From Candidatus Poribacteria bacterium (GTDB lineage: Bacteria > Poribacteria > WGA-4E > UBA9662), in assembly GCA_036339735.1 (NCBI GenBank), contig JAYZAL010000041.1, positions 27,680 through 91,679 on the forward strand: a stretch of DNA of 64,000 nt, given 5' to 3'. Positions 21,111 to 30,523 of the stretch are shown here, piece after piece. The position numbers were made by a program, and so were the translations under genes. Within the stretch, counting starts at the first letter, position 1; each line of letters begins with the position of its first letter. Below the pieces are notes generated by a model. The model searched no databases. It was given only the letters and a program-made list of their open reading frames with translations, and was not told the DNA's origin.

Positions 21111-22323
21111 TTACTCCAACTAAAGTGGTTGCTAGTTTTATTGGATCGTGTCTCACTACGTCTAATTCTATTCCTTGATCGACGAGTACCCTAGTCTGAT
21201 AAATCATATCTGCAGTTACAAGCTCTGCACCACCTAAATGGTCTTTTTGTGGATCAAACAAGACTTGGACTTGTGATGTGTTAGCGATTTGGGTAATTCC
21301 ACTAGACAATTGGCTAATCTGCTCTGATAGAGTGCTAATATGATCAAAAAAGTCCATTGGTGGGTTAGTAGTTAGATCATCTTCCTGATTGTTTGACATG
21401 GTCAATCCTTCGTCAGTATATTTGCGGATTAAATCTAACTGTCCACTGATTTTCTTTTGGATATAGTTTTTAAGCACTTCAGGAGACGCAATGCCATCAT
21501 TGACAATCACGTAATCGAGGCTGATGTTGGCATGACTCGTAATGGCGTTCACATGTTCGGTGACGGAATAGTTGTCTGTTTCACCCGGTTGAGACATAAC
21601 GTTACAGATATAGACTTTGATGGCCGAAGAATTGCGAAGGGCTTCTCTTATCTCAGGATACACCAGATTAGGCATGATACTAGTGTATAGGCTACCTGGC
21701 CCAATAATGATCACGTCGGCATTATTAATGGAGTCAACAGATGCTTTATGTGCTTTCACTTCATACTTTTCGGAGGTCTTACCGTTCGGACGTGATTCTA
21801 AAAAAACTTTCTGAATTGGGGACCGGTTTTTGCGCTCTGGTATCATTGATTCGCCCCGTATAATCTCTCCATCGATTAACTCCGCACACAGAATCGTTGG
21901 TTGTAGACTCACAGGAATAATTTGCCCGCGAACAGCCAGCAATTGGGATGCCAACTCAATTGCTCGAGGGAAATTGTTATCATTAAGTTCCGTTAACGCA
22001 ATTAGTAATAAATTACCTATGTTATGACCACCCAAAGGTCCGTCGCTGGAGAAACGATACTCAAACAAACTAGAAACTAGTTTATCAGACTCAGATAAGG
22101 AAACGAGGAGTTTACGAATGTCACCAGGAGGTAATACATCAAACTCATCTACTAGCCGTCCTGTACTTCCACCATCGTCTGAGACCGTTACTATAGCTGA
22201 CAATTCGTCGATATTGATTATGTTAGCCGCATCTGGATTTATCATCGAAAATCTTTTAAATCCTTTTAAAAGAGACGATAAGCCAGTACCACCACCGACA
22301 CAGACCAGTTTTAATGATTTCAT
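21085..22323 (-). CDS. yvcK: YvcK/GlmR (UPF0052, CofD-like) protein
   Basis: GGGTGLS, VTVSDDGGSTG, PPGDIR, GHNIGNL, GPGSLYTS, NVMSQPGET, RHDP. Confidence 0.92.
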   Translation of the reverse strand: MKSLKLVCVGGGTGLSSLLKGFKRFSMINPDAANIINIDELSAIVTVSDDGGSTGRLVDEFDVLPPGDIRKLLVSLSESDKLVSSLFEYRFSSDGPLGGHNIGNLLLIALTELNDNNFPRAIELASQLLAVRGQIIPVSLQPTILCAELIDGEIIRGESMIPERKNRSPIQKVFLESRPNGKTSEKYEVKAHKASVDSINNADVIIIGPGSLYTSIMPNLVYPEIREALRNSSAIKVYICNVMSQPGETDNYSVTEHVNAITSHANISLDYVIVNDGIASPEVLKNYIQKKISGQLDLIRKYTDEGLTMSNNQEDDLTTNPPMDFFDHISTLSEQISQLSSGITQIANTSQVQVLFDPQKDHLGGAELVTADMIYQTRVLVDQGIELDVVRHDPIKLATTLVGVIGDHFDFS

Positions 22324-22379
22324 TCTTAAACCAAATTTTGAATTTCTGATTATCTATAACGCTTTCTTTCAACTATTTG

Positions 22380-23816
22380 TTACTGATCTTTCATTTGTTC
22401 CTGTTCAATTTGCATGATAACTTCTTGTAAACTTTGTTGAGTTTGTAAAGCAAGTTCTTTAGCTGTACCTGAAGAATTTGCCTCACTAAAAATGCGTACA
22501 ACTGGCTCTGTGCCAGATTTGCGAATACCAACCCATCGGTCTGGCCACACACACCTAATACCATCGGTTAAGTCCAGAATTGAATTCGATAATTGACTGA
22601 AAATTACAGCTGCTCGCCGTACTAATTCATCGGCAGTTGCTTGTCTGTCGATCTTAAGTTTAATTTTGTGCATTTTATATTCTGGTAGATTTCTGACACG
22701 AGATTGAATGGAATCATCAGATTCGGCCAACATCTGAACAATAACAGAAATAGCCGCAATCCCGTCTGTTGTGTGTTGCCAGTTGGGTAATATTACACCA
22801 CCAGTACCTTCACCTCCCAAGACAAGCGCCTCTGGATTATCTTTCGAAAGTTGTTTCATCTTCTCTACCACAAAACTGACCCCAACAGGTACACGGAACA
22901 ATTCAGCTTTATGGCGGTGCGCGACATCCTCAATCAACCGACTTGTTGAAATCGTTGCAACTATGAAGGCTGGTTGATCTGTCTTTCCTAATAGAAAATC
23001 AGCGACCAAGGCAAAAGTATACTCACTACTAATCGCATGACCCAATTCGTCAACGATTACCAACCGGTCTGCGTCTCCATCGTGAGCTAAACCAAGATCC
23101 GCACCGACCGATTGAACCGTTTGGCACAGTTTACTTAAAGCCTCGGGGTATGGTTCGCTCGGACGAGGAAATGAGCCATCGGAGTGGCAAAAAACTTCAG
23201 AAACTTTACATCCAAGCGCTCGTAATAAAACTGGACTAATTCGACTACCCACACCATTTCCGGCATCAATGACTACAGATAATTGACGAGAATGTGTCTG
23301 TTCCAAATCGACCCACTGGGCTTCCAAAATTGCGTTTATATGATGGCTAATTGCTTGATTTAGTTTTTTAATTTTCCCTTGTTTATTCCAAGAACATAGC
23401 CTTAGCTTTTGGTTATGATAAATATCTAGAAAGCTTTTAAGGTCCTGACCATTTAGTAAGCGGCCTGCTTGAGCCGCAAATTCTAACCCATTCCATTCGG
23501 CTGGATTATGGCTAGCAGTAATAACGATGCTGCCGTCAGCTTGCTCAACCCTAGACATAAATAGAATTGTCGGGGTTGGGCACATACCAACGTCTAATAT
23601 GTCGCATCCCGTTGCCAGCAATCCAGCATAAACAGAATGCATCATCATCGGCCCAGAAGTTCTACTGTCGTATCCTACTACAATACGTCCGCTACCGATA
23701 AAATTACCGAAGGCTGCTGCCAAACGAACAACCCGCTCTGGTGTCAATGATTCTCCTATAACACCTCTTGCCCCAGAAGCACTGATTATTAATTCTGACA
23801 ATGGTAAATACCTCAA
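22380..23816 (-). CDS. Alpha-D-phosphohexomutase (phosphoglucosamine mutase/phosphomannomutase)
   Basis: SGARG, DSRTSG, PTPT, TASHNP phosphoserine loop, DGDADR metal loop, GGEGTGG, RKSGTEP. Confidence 0.92.
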   Translation of the reverse strand: MRYLPLSELIISASGARGVIGESLTPERVVRLAAAFGNFIGSGRIVVGYDSRTSGPMMMHSVYAGLLATGCDILDVGMCPTPTILFMSRVEQADGSIVITASHNPAEWNGLEFAAQAGRLLNGQDLKSFLDIYHNQKLRLCSWNKQGKIKKLNQAISHHINAILEAQWVDLEQTHSRQLSVVIDAGNGVGSRISPVLLRALGCKVSEVFCHSDGSFPRPSEPYPEALSKLCQTVQSVGADLGLAHDGDADRLVIVDELGHAISSEYTFALVADFLLGKTDQPAFIVATISTSRLIEDVAHRHKAELFRVPVGVSFVVEKMKQLSKDNPEALVLGGEGTGGVILPNWQHTTDGIAAISVIVQMLAESDDSIQSRVRNLPEYKMHKIKLKIDRQATADELVRRAAVIFSQLSNSILDLTDGIRCVWPDRWVGIRKSGTEPVVRIFSEANSSGTAKELALQTQQSLQEVIMQIEQEQMKDQ

Positions 23817-23820
23817 TCAC

Positions 23821-24657
23821 CTAAAGTTTAAACCTAAAAGAAAAAATCAACATCAAAACTGATAATAATACCTGTACAATACAAATGAATACCCAGTTTG
23901 GGTATACAAAATGATAAGAAGCCACAGGTAAAATTTCGTACAAATAGGGAGTCCTGAAAATAGAAGTATCTTGCTCTAACAATTGACAAATGGCAATCAT
24001 CGGATTCATGTATAAAAAGTACGGTATAACGCTCTCTAAACTAAATGAAAAACGGTCTAGAGGTACTAAAATAAAAGGGGACAAAACAATACATAACCAC
24101 CACAAAATTGCTAATTGAATTGAATAAACAGATTTCAACGAACCCAAAATAGTATGAGACCATAAGCCAGAAACACTACCTATAACAACAAAAATGGATA
24201 ACACCAAATGTATATACAAAAGGACAGTAAGGGGAATAGGCGTAACTATTGACTTGTAATTACTAAGAGTTGACCAACAGATAAAACTGAACCCAATTGC
24301 TATCCAAATAGCGATCTGCTGTTTACCTATGGATAGTAGTAAGAATTTCCACTTTTGACGCATTGATAGAAATTTGTCTTCAGCTAAAAAAAGAGCCGTT
24401 TTATTACTCAATACAGGAGAAATTAAAAGTATAGATACGCCCTCTGCTAGGAAAATCAACTTAGATGTATGACCAAGTCTAGCGAAGCTAAATCCCCAAA
24501 AAAATACAAAAGTAAATCCCGAAAAGAACAGTAAAGTTAAAATAATTCTGTATAGATTGGGTTGGAGATGTTGCTTTGCGGGCAGATATGAGTAATCAGA
24601 CAAATATTCAATTACCCATTTGTGAAGCGTATCTGTTAATTGATCAGCGGTTCTCAT
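23821..24657 (-). CDS. Polytopic membrane protein (possibly ABC-2-type permease-like)
   Basis: About seven hydrophobic segments; YMNP motif near the C-terminus; 4 bp from the mutase start. Confidence 0.55.
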   Translation of the reverse strand: MRTADQLTDTLHKWVIEYLSDYSYLPAKQHLQPNLYRIILTLLFFSGFTFVFFWGFSFARLGHTSKLIFLAEGVSILLISPVLSNKTALFLAEDKFLSMRQKWKFLLLSIGKQQIAIWIAIGFSFICWSTLSNYKSIVTPIPLTVLLYIHLVLSIFVVIGSVSGLWSHTILGSLKSVYSIQLAILWWLCIVLSPFILVPLDRFSFSLESVIPYFLYMNPMIAICQLLEQDTSIFRTPYLYEILPVASYHFVYPNWVFICIVQVLLSVLMLIFSFRFKL

Positions 24658-25074
24658 TACCGTTTCTCAGGTTATTTTTATTCTACTCGATTATTGTAGA
24701 GGTAAATTAACATGCACATACAACATACCTAAATTAACCTAGGACGATCAGAAGTTTTTCCGGTTTTTAAGTTTACTATAACATAACGTGCCATAAACTT
24801 AGCAAAACAGATAAAATTCCAAATTATATTTCCAAATGTACGTTCACCAGTTTGTGTTCGAAATTGGCCCCGCGGAAAATGAAGGTTACCAATTGTATAA
24901 CTCAAGATCAGATTATGAAAAGTTAATACGAAAAGAAATAACGGTAGATTCTTTTTTGATAAACCCACTTGGTTTATAGAATGAAAAACAGTAATAGAAA
25001 TTATCTCAGTAATGGTGTATATTAGCTGAATAACATCGGAAAAAATTCAGTCTTTAGTCCATACAAAAGTAAAG

Positions 25075-26070
25075 ATGAGAACTCTTACGAAAGAACCAAA
25101 AGTAATTCATATAACAAAAATGATTTGTAAGTTTCTGGGAAGTTTGAATTTTGCTTTCACTCTATTTTTATTGTTCTTTGTAGGCAACCGATCTGTATTG
25201 TCTGACTTTGAGACCAAGAGCTATGACTGGAGCACTGCAAAAGAACTTCGTACAGGAATTTTGCACGCGAAAATTGAAAGAACTTCCCCTCAGAAGATGG
25301 TCATCAATTGTCTACGAATTGACAGCCATACCCCTGGTATGAAGTTATATACTACGCCACGCTGTTCAAACTGGCTAGCTGAACAGTCGGAAACAATCCG
25401 CCAAACCACTCGAGACTTTATTCGCCAATCTCAGAAGACTGATCAAAAACTGGTAGTCGCAATCAATGCTAGCCCCTTTTCACCTTGGCCTGCGCCATAC
25501 CAAAAGGAGGAACCAACCGACATTTCTGGTTTTGCTGTTTCTCAAGGAATTGTAGTATCTAACCAGAAAAACGTTGCGTCACTCTTGGCAAGTAAGGCTG
25601 GTTCTCTGCAAATTTCCATGGTTTCAACTGAACTCGATATATCAAACGTTGAAACGGCAGTCAGTGGGTTTAGTCTATGTCTTACCAATGGAGAACCGTC
25701 TTCATCTGGGACACAACTACACCCAAGGACTGGAATAGGTTTATCGAAAGATGGTCAGTACCTCTTTTTTCTGACAATTGACGGCCGACAAACCAACAGC
25801 TACGGGGCAACCGTCAGTGGTGTCGGTAGTCTCCTGAAAACATTTGGTGCTTACAACGGAATTAATATGGACGGAGGAGGTTCAACAACAATGGCGTGGT
25901 GGGATCCAAGCATATCGAGCTCAGACAAGTGCCGACTGCTGAATCGGCCAGTTGGTAATGGTGATGATTATAGAGATGAGAAAAGCCTACCAGATTTCGT
26001 GCCAACGGAGCGAGCTAACGGAAATAATCTCGGTGTTTATTTCGTCGATGTTGAGAAAGTCAATCACTGA
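25075..26070 (+). CDS. Phosphodiester glycosidase family protein (NAGPA/DUF2233-like)
   Basis: VAINASPF, HPRTGIG, IDGRQ, INMDGGGST motifs; signal-like segment (start may be ATG 25120). Confidence 0.85.
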   Translation: MRTLTKEPKVIHITKMICKFLGSLNFAFTLFLLFFVGNRSVLSDFETKSYDWSTAKELRTGILHAKIERTSPQKMVINCLRIDSHTPGMKLYTTPRCSNWLAEQSETIRQTTRDFIRQSQKTDQKLVVAINASPFSPWPAPYQKEEPTDISGFAVSQGIVVSNQKNVASLLASKAGSLQISMVSTELDISNVETAVSGFSLCLTNGEPSSSGTQLHPRTGIGLSKDGQYLFFLTIDGRQTNSYGATVSGVGSLLKTFGAYNGINMDGGGSTTMAWWDPSISSSDKCRLLNRPVGNGDDYRDEKSLPDFVPTERANGNNLGVYFVDVEKVNH

Positions 26071-26239
26071 CATAAAATTTGTTTCGATAATTATAGACCG
26101 GATCTAAATACCTAAGTATTGAGACACTCGATCCTTTTAGTCCATATTTATAGCACATTATGAGACCATTTAAATCCGTTACGTTACCAACTTAATGGAA
26201 AGCCTTTGGGACCACGGTGCTATCGGACTCACAACTACC

Positions 26240-26299
26240 GCAAATTATCTCCAAAAGTACCCGGAAAAACAGCCCGGATTAACATCGGAGATAATTTGC
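26240..26299. repeat. 13-bp perfect inverted repeat with a 34-nt spacer
   Basis: GCAAATTATCTCC (26240-26252) and GGAGATAATTTGC (26287-26299), between convergent genes. Confidence 0.8.
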
Positions 26300-26337
26300 T
26301 CCTATCCTAAGTGAATCAGCAAAGAAGGAAATAGGTC

Positions 26338-27135
26338 CTAGAATCGCTTAATATTACTCCAAAGCGTAGCTAGCTTATCCTCGAGAGTGACCGAAAACGG
26401 GCCCAGTTCAGCAGGTTGCCAGTACGATGGTGATTGCCAATAGCCACCCGCACCCTCTGCAGGTACTCGGACTTCGCCGGAACGAACACCTCCCTTATCA
26501 GTATCTCCACCAATAAAATAGACACCCAAGTTGGCCTTCTCTAAATCTTTCAATTTTTTTTCGAACAAATCAAAAGGGATTGCGGCTTCAACATACCATC
26601 CACCATTAATAGGTCCACTTTTTCTTTTTTTTGTAACCTTATCACCATCTAGGTCGCCATGGCCAGGGCCATTATATCCGCACTCTTTAAGCATTGGTAG
26701 CCACTTCCCTTTCGAATTTTGTGGGGTGAAAATAAAGGCCCAATCTCCTTTTCCATCTAATTGTTGTCGTTTTTTATAGTCTCCTTCTACGTTGATATAA
26801 AAACGGATGTAATCAGAATCTTTGAAATCTCGAGACACAACATCCTTACAGGAGACATCATTATCTTTAGCTGTACAAGCAAAATACAGATAATCCTGAT
26901 CGTAAGATAAATAAGTTGAGAAGTAATCGTCCTTGATTGTACCTGCAATACAAACTAATGAGAGGTCAAATTTCGCCGCTTTTTCTTCCAAGCCTGCGTC
27001 AAGTTTACCGTCGATTGTCATTTTACCGTAGGGAATAATAGTGGAAGCTGCATCAGCTGAAACCGTTACCACCGTCAGAACTACAAAGATACTAAAAGAT
27101 AAGGTACGCCAAAAGTCATAGCGAAGTTGGTTCAT
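26338..27135 (-). CDS. Secreted CBM9/DOMON-like sugar-binding protein with C-terminal DKLATLWSNIKRF tail
   Basis: Signal peptide (VSADA); IDGKLD, YDQDYLYF, DxI.FYI, GWYVEAAIPF; GGAG RBS before ATG 27135. Confidence 0.7.
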   Translation of the reverse strand: MNQLRYDFWRTLSFSIFVVLTVVTVSADAASTIIPYGKMTIDGKLDAGLEEKAAKFDLSLVCIAGTIKDDYFSTYLSYDQDYLYFACTAKDNDVSCKDVVSRDFKDSDYIRFYINVEGDYKKRQQLDGKGDWAFIFTPQNSKGKWLPMLKECGYNGPGHGDLDGDKVTKKRKSGPINGGWYVEAAIPFDLFEKKLKDLEKANLGVYFIGGDTDKGGVRSGEVRVPAEGAGGYWQSPSYWQPAELGPFSVTLEDKLATLWSNIKRF

Positions 27136-27248
27136 ATACGTCTCCATTTAATTAACTTGATTATTATTATAATAGAATTTAGTAAAACTCTTCTCCTAAC
27201 TGCTGATATCGTATCATCAGACTCTGCTGTGGCAAAGGACAGACATTT

Positions 27249-28388
27249 TTACCCTTCAGATTTCATACCAATTACAACTTCCTCAATCACACGGATCAAG
27301 TGTCTTATATCATCTATGGACAAATCCCCAATGGTACCAATTCGAAAGGTATCCTCTTCGGAAACCTTTCCGGGATATATAACGAATTGTCTTTCTTTCA
27401 ACTTTTGGTAGAAAATTGAAAAATTAAACCATTTTTCTTTCGGGTAACGAAAGGCTGTAATTATAGGAGAATGTAGGTGTTTATCTAGCAATGGGTAAAG
27501 ACCAATCGAGGACATACCATCAACTAGGATCCTCTGGCAAGCTGAGTATCGCTTGTTTCGAGTCCCAATACCACCCTCATTTTCCAATTCCTCCAATGCT
27601 TGATGGAATGCAAGCAATGTATGTGTAGGTGATGTGTAACGCCACTTACCTCCTTTAGTCTCCATAGTTTCCCATTGATCATAAAGGTCTAAGCTTAGGG
27701 AACGGGCGTACCCTCGAGTTTTCTCAAACTTTTTTTGGTGACATATAACAAATGCAAACCCCGGTACTCCCTGAATACACTTATTCGCGGAAGATATTAG
27801 ATAGTCAATACCAATCTCATCTATAACAAGTGGAATACCACCAAAGCTAGACATCGCATCCAAAATTAAGATCCGGTTATGTTTTTTAACAATTTTACTG
27901 AGTTCTCTAATTGGATTGAGGATACCAGTTGTAGTTTCGCAATGTACCATTGCAACATGAGTAACCAACGGGTCTGTTTCTAGTATTTGGTTGAGTCTTT
28001 GAAAATCGGGGCAAGTCGTTTCGCTACACCTCATCTCAGAAAAATCAATCTTTAGTCTATCAGCAATTAGGCCAATCCGCCTTCCATATGCACCGTTACT
28101 AATAATTAGCAGTTTTCCATCTGGAGGAACTACAGACCCAATCGTAGATTCTACAGCGAAAGTCCCACTTCCCTGCATGAGTACGCTCGTATATGACTTA
28201 GAACGAGTTACCAATTGCACAATACGTGAACGAACCTGTTGCACAATATTATTGTAATCATCATCCCAAGTTGAAAGATCGACTAACATCGATTCTTTTA
28301 CTGTGCGAGTGGTAGTTAGTGGCCCTGGTGTCAAAAGTAGATATGGCCGATCTTCTATGATGTTTTTTTTGCTATTCAAATGATTCAC
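27249..28388 (-). CDS. phnW: 2-aminoethylphosphonate--pyruvate transaminase
   Basis: LLLTPGPLTT, MQGSGTF, NGAYG, HCETTTGILNP, DAMSSFGG, SSANKCIQGVPG (PLP Lys), RYTSPTH, FVIYPGK, FRIGTIG. Confidence 0.93.
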   Translation of the reverse strand: MNHLNSKKNIIEDRPYLLLTPGPLTTTRTVKESMLVDLSTWDDDYNNIVQQVRSRIVQLVTRSKSYTSVLMQGSGTFAVESTIGSVVPPDGKLLIISNGAYGRRIGLIADRLKIDFSEMRCSETTCPDFQRLNQILETDPLVTHVAMVHCETTTGILNPIRELSKIVKKHNRILILDAMSSFGGIPLVIDEIGIDYLISSANKCIQGVPGFAFVICHQKKFEKTRGYARSLSLDLYDQWETMETKGGKWRYTSPTHTLLAFHQALEELENEGGIGTRNKRYSACQRILVDGMSSIGLYPLLDKHLHSPIITAFRYPKEKWFNFSIFYQKLKERQFVIYPGKVSEEDTFRIGTIGDLSIDDIRHLIRVIEEVVIGMKSEG

Positions 28389-28413
28389 AGCAACTACAAC
28401 TTTTATTTTGGCT

Positions 28414-29076
28414 TTAATCCCGAAGTTCTTTCCATGATACTGGGGCTACTTGACTGGCTAAATTATCAATCTGATCGGCTACTATTTGGGTTTCATACTG
28501 AGCATCAGGTTTACAACGTAGATTGCAAACTCGGGCAAAAGCAAACAGGGTTCCAGACCAATACCATTCGGTCATCATTGACTGTGGTAAAACCAACCTT
28601 GCTTGTTCTGGGCTCACTTTAGAATCAATTAGTTGATTGTAGTGAAGAATCGCCTGGTGACAAGCAGATTCATAAGCATCTGTCGATGGATTAACTATCA
28701 CATCGCCACTGCTGCCTTGTTTCTTATCAGTTGCTCTTCCTCTCCATGATTCTGGCACATAAAAAGTCGGCGGAAAATCTACGTATCGGCGGCTAATTTC
28801 ATTCCAAACCAGTCCAACTTGATGTTTAACTAGTTGGCGCGCGACAAAGATCGGTGCTTGAATGTGAAACTGTAATGAAACATGACCAAATGGGGTCCAG
28901 TGTCCATGTGAAGCTAAATACTTAATCAACCGTTTATCTTTACTGTCAAATTTGGTCTTTTTTTTGCCAAAAGAGACTCGAGCTGCGTTTACTACTGTCA
29001 AATCGTCACCCATTGAATCTATTAAAGAAACAGGCATTTCTGTAGTCGCATATTGGGATGAGGTTATATCGGCCAT
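28414..29076 (-). CDS. thyX: FAD-dependent thymidylate synthase ThyX
   Basis: VVNAARVSF, HWTPF, APIFVARQ, KHQ-x8-SRRY, PEQARLVLP, AQYE. Confidence 0.93.
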   Translation of the reverse strand: MADITSSQYATTEMPVSLIDSMGDDLTVVNAARVSFGKKKTKFDSKDKRLIKYLASHGHWTPFGHVSLQFHIQAPIFVARQLVKHQVGLVWNEISRRYVDFPPTFYVPESWRGRATDKKQGSSGDVIVNPSTDAYESACHQAILHYNQLIDSKVSPEQARLVLPQSMMTEWYWSGTLFAFARVCNLRCKPDAQYETQIVADQIDNLASQVAPVSWKELRD

Positions 29077-29140
29077 AATTCACCTAAAATCGGCCTATCA
29101 TACCATAAGTAGTTATGAATCTGTTATATATGCTTTAGTA

Positions 29141-29169
29141 TTGACGAAACACACCAAATCTCCTAGAAT
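29141..29169 (+). promoter_or_regulatory. Sigma-70-type promoter for the enolase-superfamily gene
   Basis: TTGACG (29141-46), 17-nt spacer, TAGAAT (29164-69), 28 nt before ATG 29198. Confidence 0.7.
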
Positions 29170-29197
29170 CACCATGCGAATAAACCAGTAATCTAGA

Positions 29198-30349
29198 ATG
29201 AAAATTACCAAAGTCGAAATTTTAACGAATAGCAACCCAATTGAATTACCTATTCCATGGCGACCAGCTTGGTCCGAACCGAGTGGTCCACATACAAACA
29301 GTTTCAATCTGTCGTTGTACAAAGTTTACACTGATCAAGGGATTATTGGGTACGGCCCCAACATAGGTGGAAGCCCAGAACTAATAAAAAATCAAGATCC
29401 ACTGCAAATCCGCCAGTTTTGGTCTCATCATATGGGAGGTAAACGCGCAGGCAACTCAGGTAAACGTGCTGCAGGATTGGAAATTGCCTTGTGGGATATA
29501 ATTGGGAAAATGGCAAAATTACCCGTATCACACCTTTTAGGTGCGAAGCTTCAAAAAATCCCAGTTTATGCTGCGACTAGCCGATTATTGGATACCAAAC
29601 AACAGGTCGAACAAGTAAAATCGTTGATTGATTTGGGTTTTAAGGCCATCAAATTACGACTTCATCGTTCTAACCCATTGGATGATTTAGCCATGATTAG
29701 TGCTGTCCGAAATGCGGTAGGAGATCAGGTGAAAATATTAGTAGATGCCAATCAAAACAATGCATCTTCATCCATTGGAGACGAGTATGAATTTTGGTCT
29801 AGGCGAACAGCAATGCAAATGGCGACCGAACTAGACCAACTTGACGTGTTCTTTTTGGAAGAACCACTCCCTCGCAAGGACATTGAAGGATTAAGTAGAA
29901 TTTCCAATATGGTGGAAATGATGGTTGCCGGTGGTGAACACACTCCAACAGTGGGCGATTTTTCTCCGCATCTGTTAGCCGGTGCGTACGATATAGTGCA
30001 ACCCGATATCACATTGACCGGTAACTTTGGTATAATCGGCTTAAAGGAGATAGCATCAACGGCTGATCACTATGGGCGACTAATAATTCCACATGTAACT
30101 GGTGGCGCCGCTTTTTTTATTATGTTCGCTGCAACCTTACAAGTAATGGCAACAGTAGATAATTGTCCGATGATCGAATTCCCCTTTGACCCGCCAATTT
30201 TGACACCAGAAACTCTGCAATCTGTTCTTGATGAGCCATTTTGGATTGATGAAAATGGATCCATTACTGTGCCCCGCCAGCCCGGATTAGGAATTGAGAT
30301 TAATGAGGACAGTCTGGAAACTACCCTTGCATGGGAATTGAAATCATAG
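29198..30349 (+). CDS. Mandelate racemase/muconate lactonizing enzyme family protein (probable acid-sugar dehydratase)
   Basis: EIALWDIIGK, KAIKLR, VDANQ, LEEP, GGE, VQPD, PH, PGLG. Confidence 0.9.
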   Translation: MKITKVEILTNSNPIELPIPWRPAWSEPSGPHTNSFNLSLYKVYTDQGIIGYGPNIGGSPELIKNQDPLQIRQFWSHHMGGKRAGNSGKRAAGLEIALWDIIGKMAKLPVSHLLGAKLQKIPVYAATSRLLDTKQQVEQVKSLIDLGFKAIKLRLHRSNPLDDLAMISAVRNAVGDQVKILVDANQNNASSSIGDEYEFWSRRTAMQMATELDQLDVFFLEEPLPRKDIEGLSRISNMVEMMVAGGEHTPTVGDFSPHLLAGAYDIVQPDITLTGNFGIIGLKEIASTADHYGRLIIPHVTGGAAFFIMFAATLQVMATVDNCPMIEFPFDPPILTPETLQSVLDEPFWIDENGSITVPRQPGLGIEINEDSLETTLAWELKS

Positions 30350-30523
30350 CCACCTTTAATCAAAAACATACTTTTTCAATTAATATTCCGCCACTGATCC
30401 GTTGTTTGCATATAGGAAGCATGGTATAGCTTGGGTTGCGGGGGATTTAGCCCACTTGCCACTTGTGTGTTGATAGATAATCAATTATTCCAATCAGGTA
30501 TAAAAAACTTTTAGGAAACCCAA

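Noticed and set aside
24729-24968. 79-aa ORF in the divergent intergenic region
   Set aside because: No motif or RBS support; most likely promoter DNA
28414-29076. Prophage around the phage-like thyX
   Set aside because: No integrase, structural genes or att-like repeats are visible
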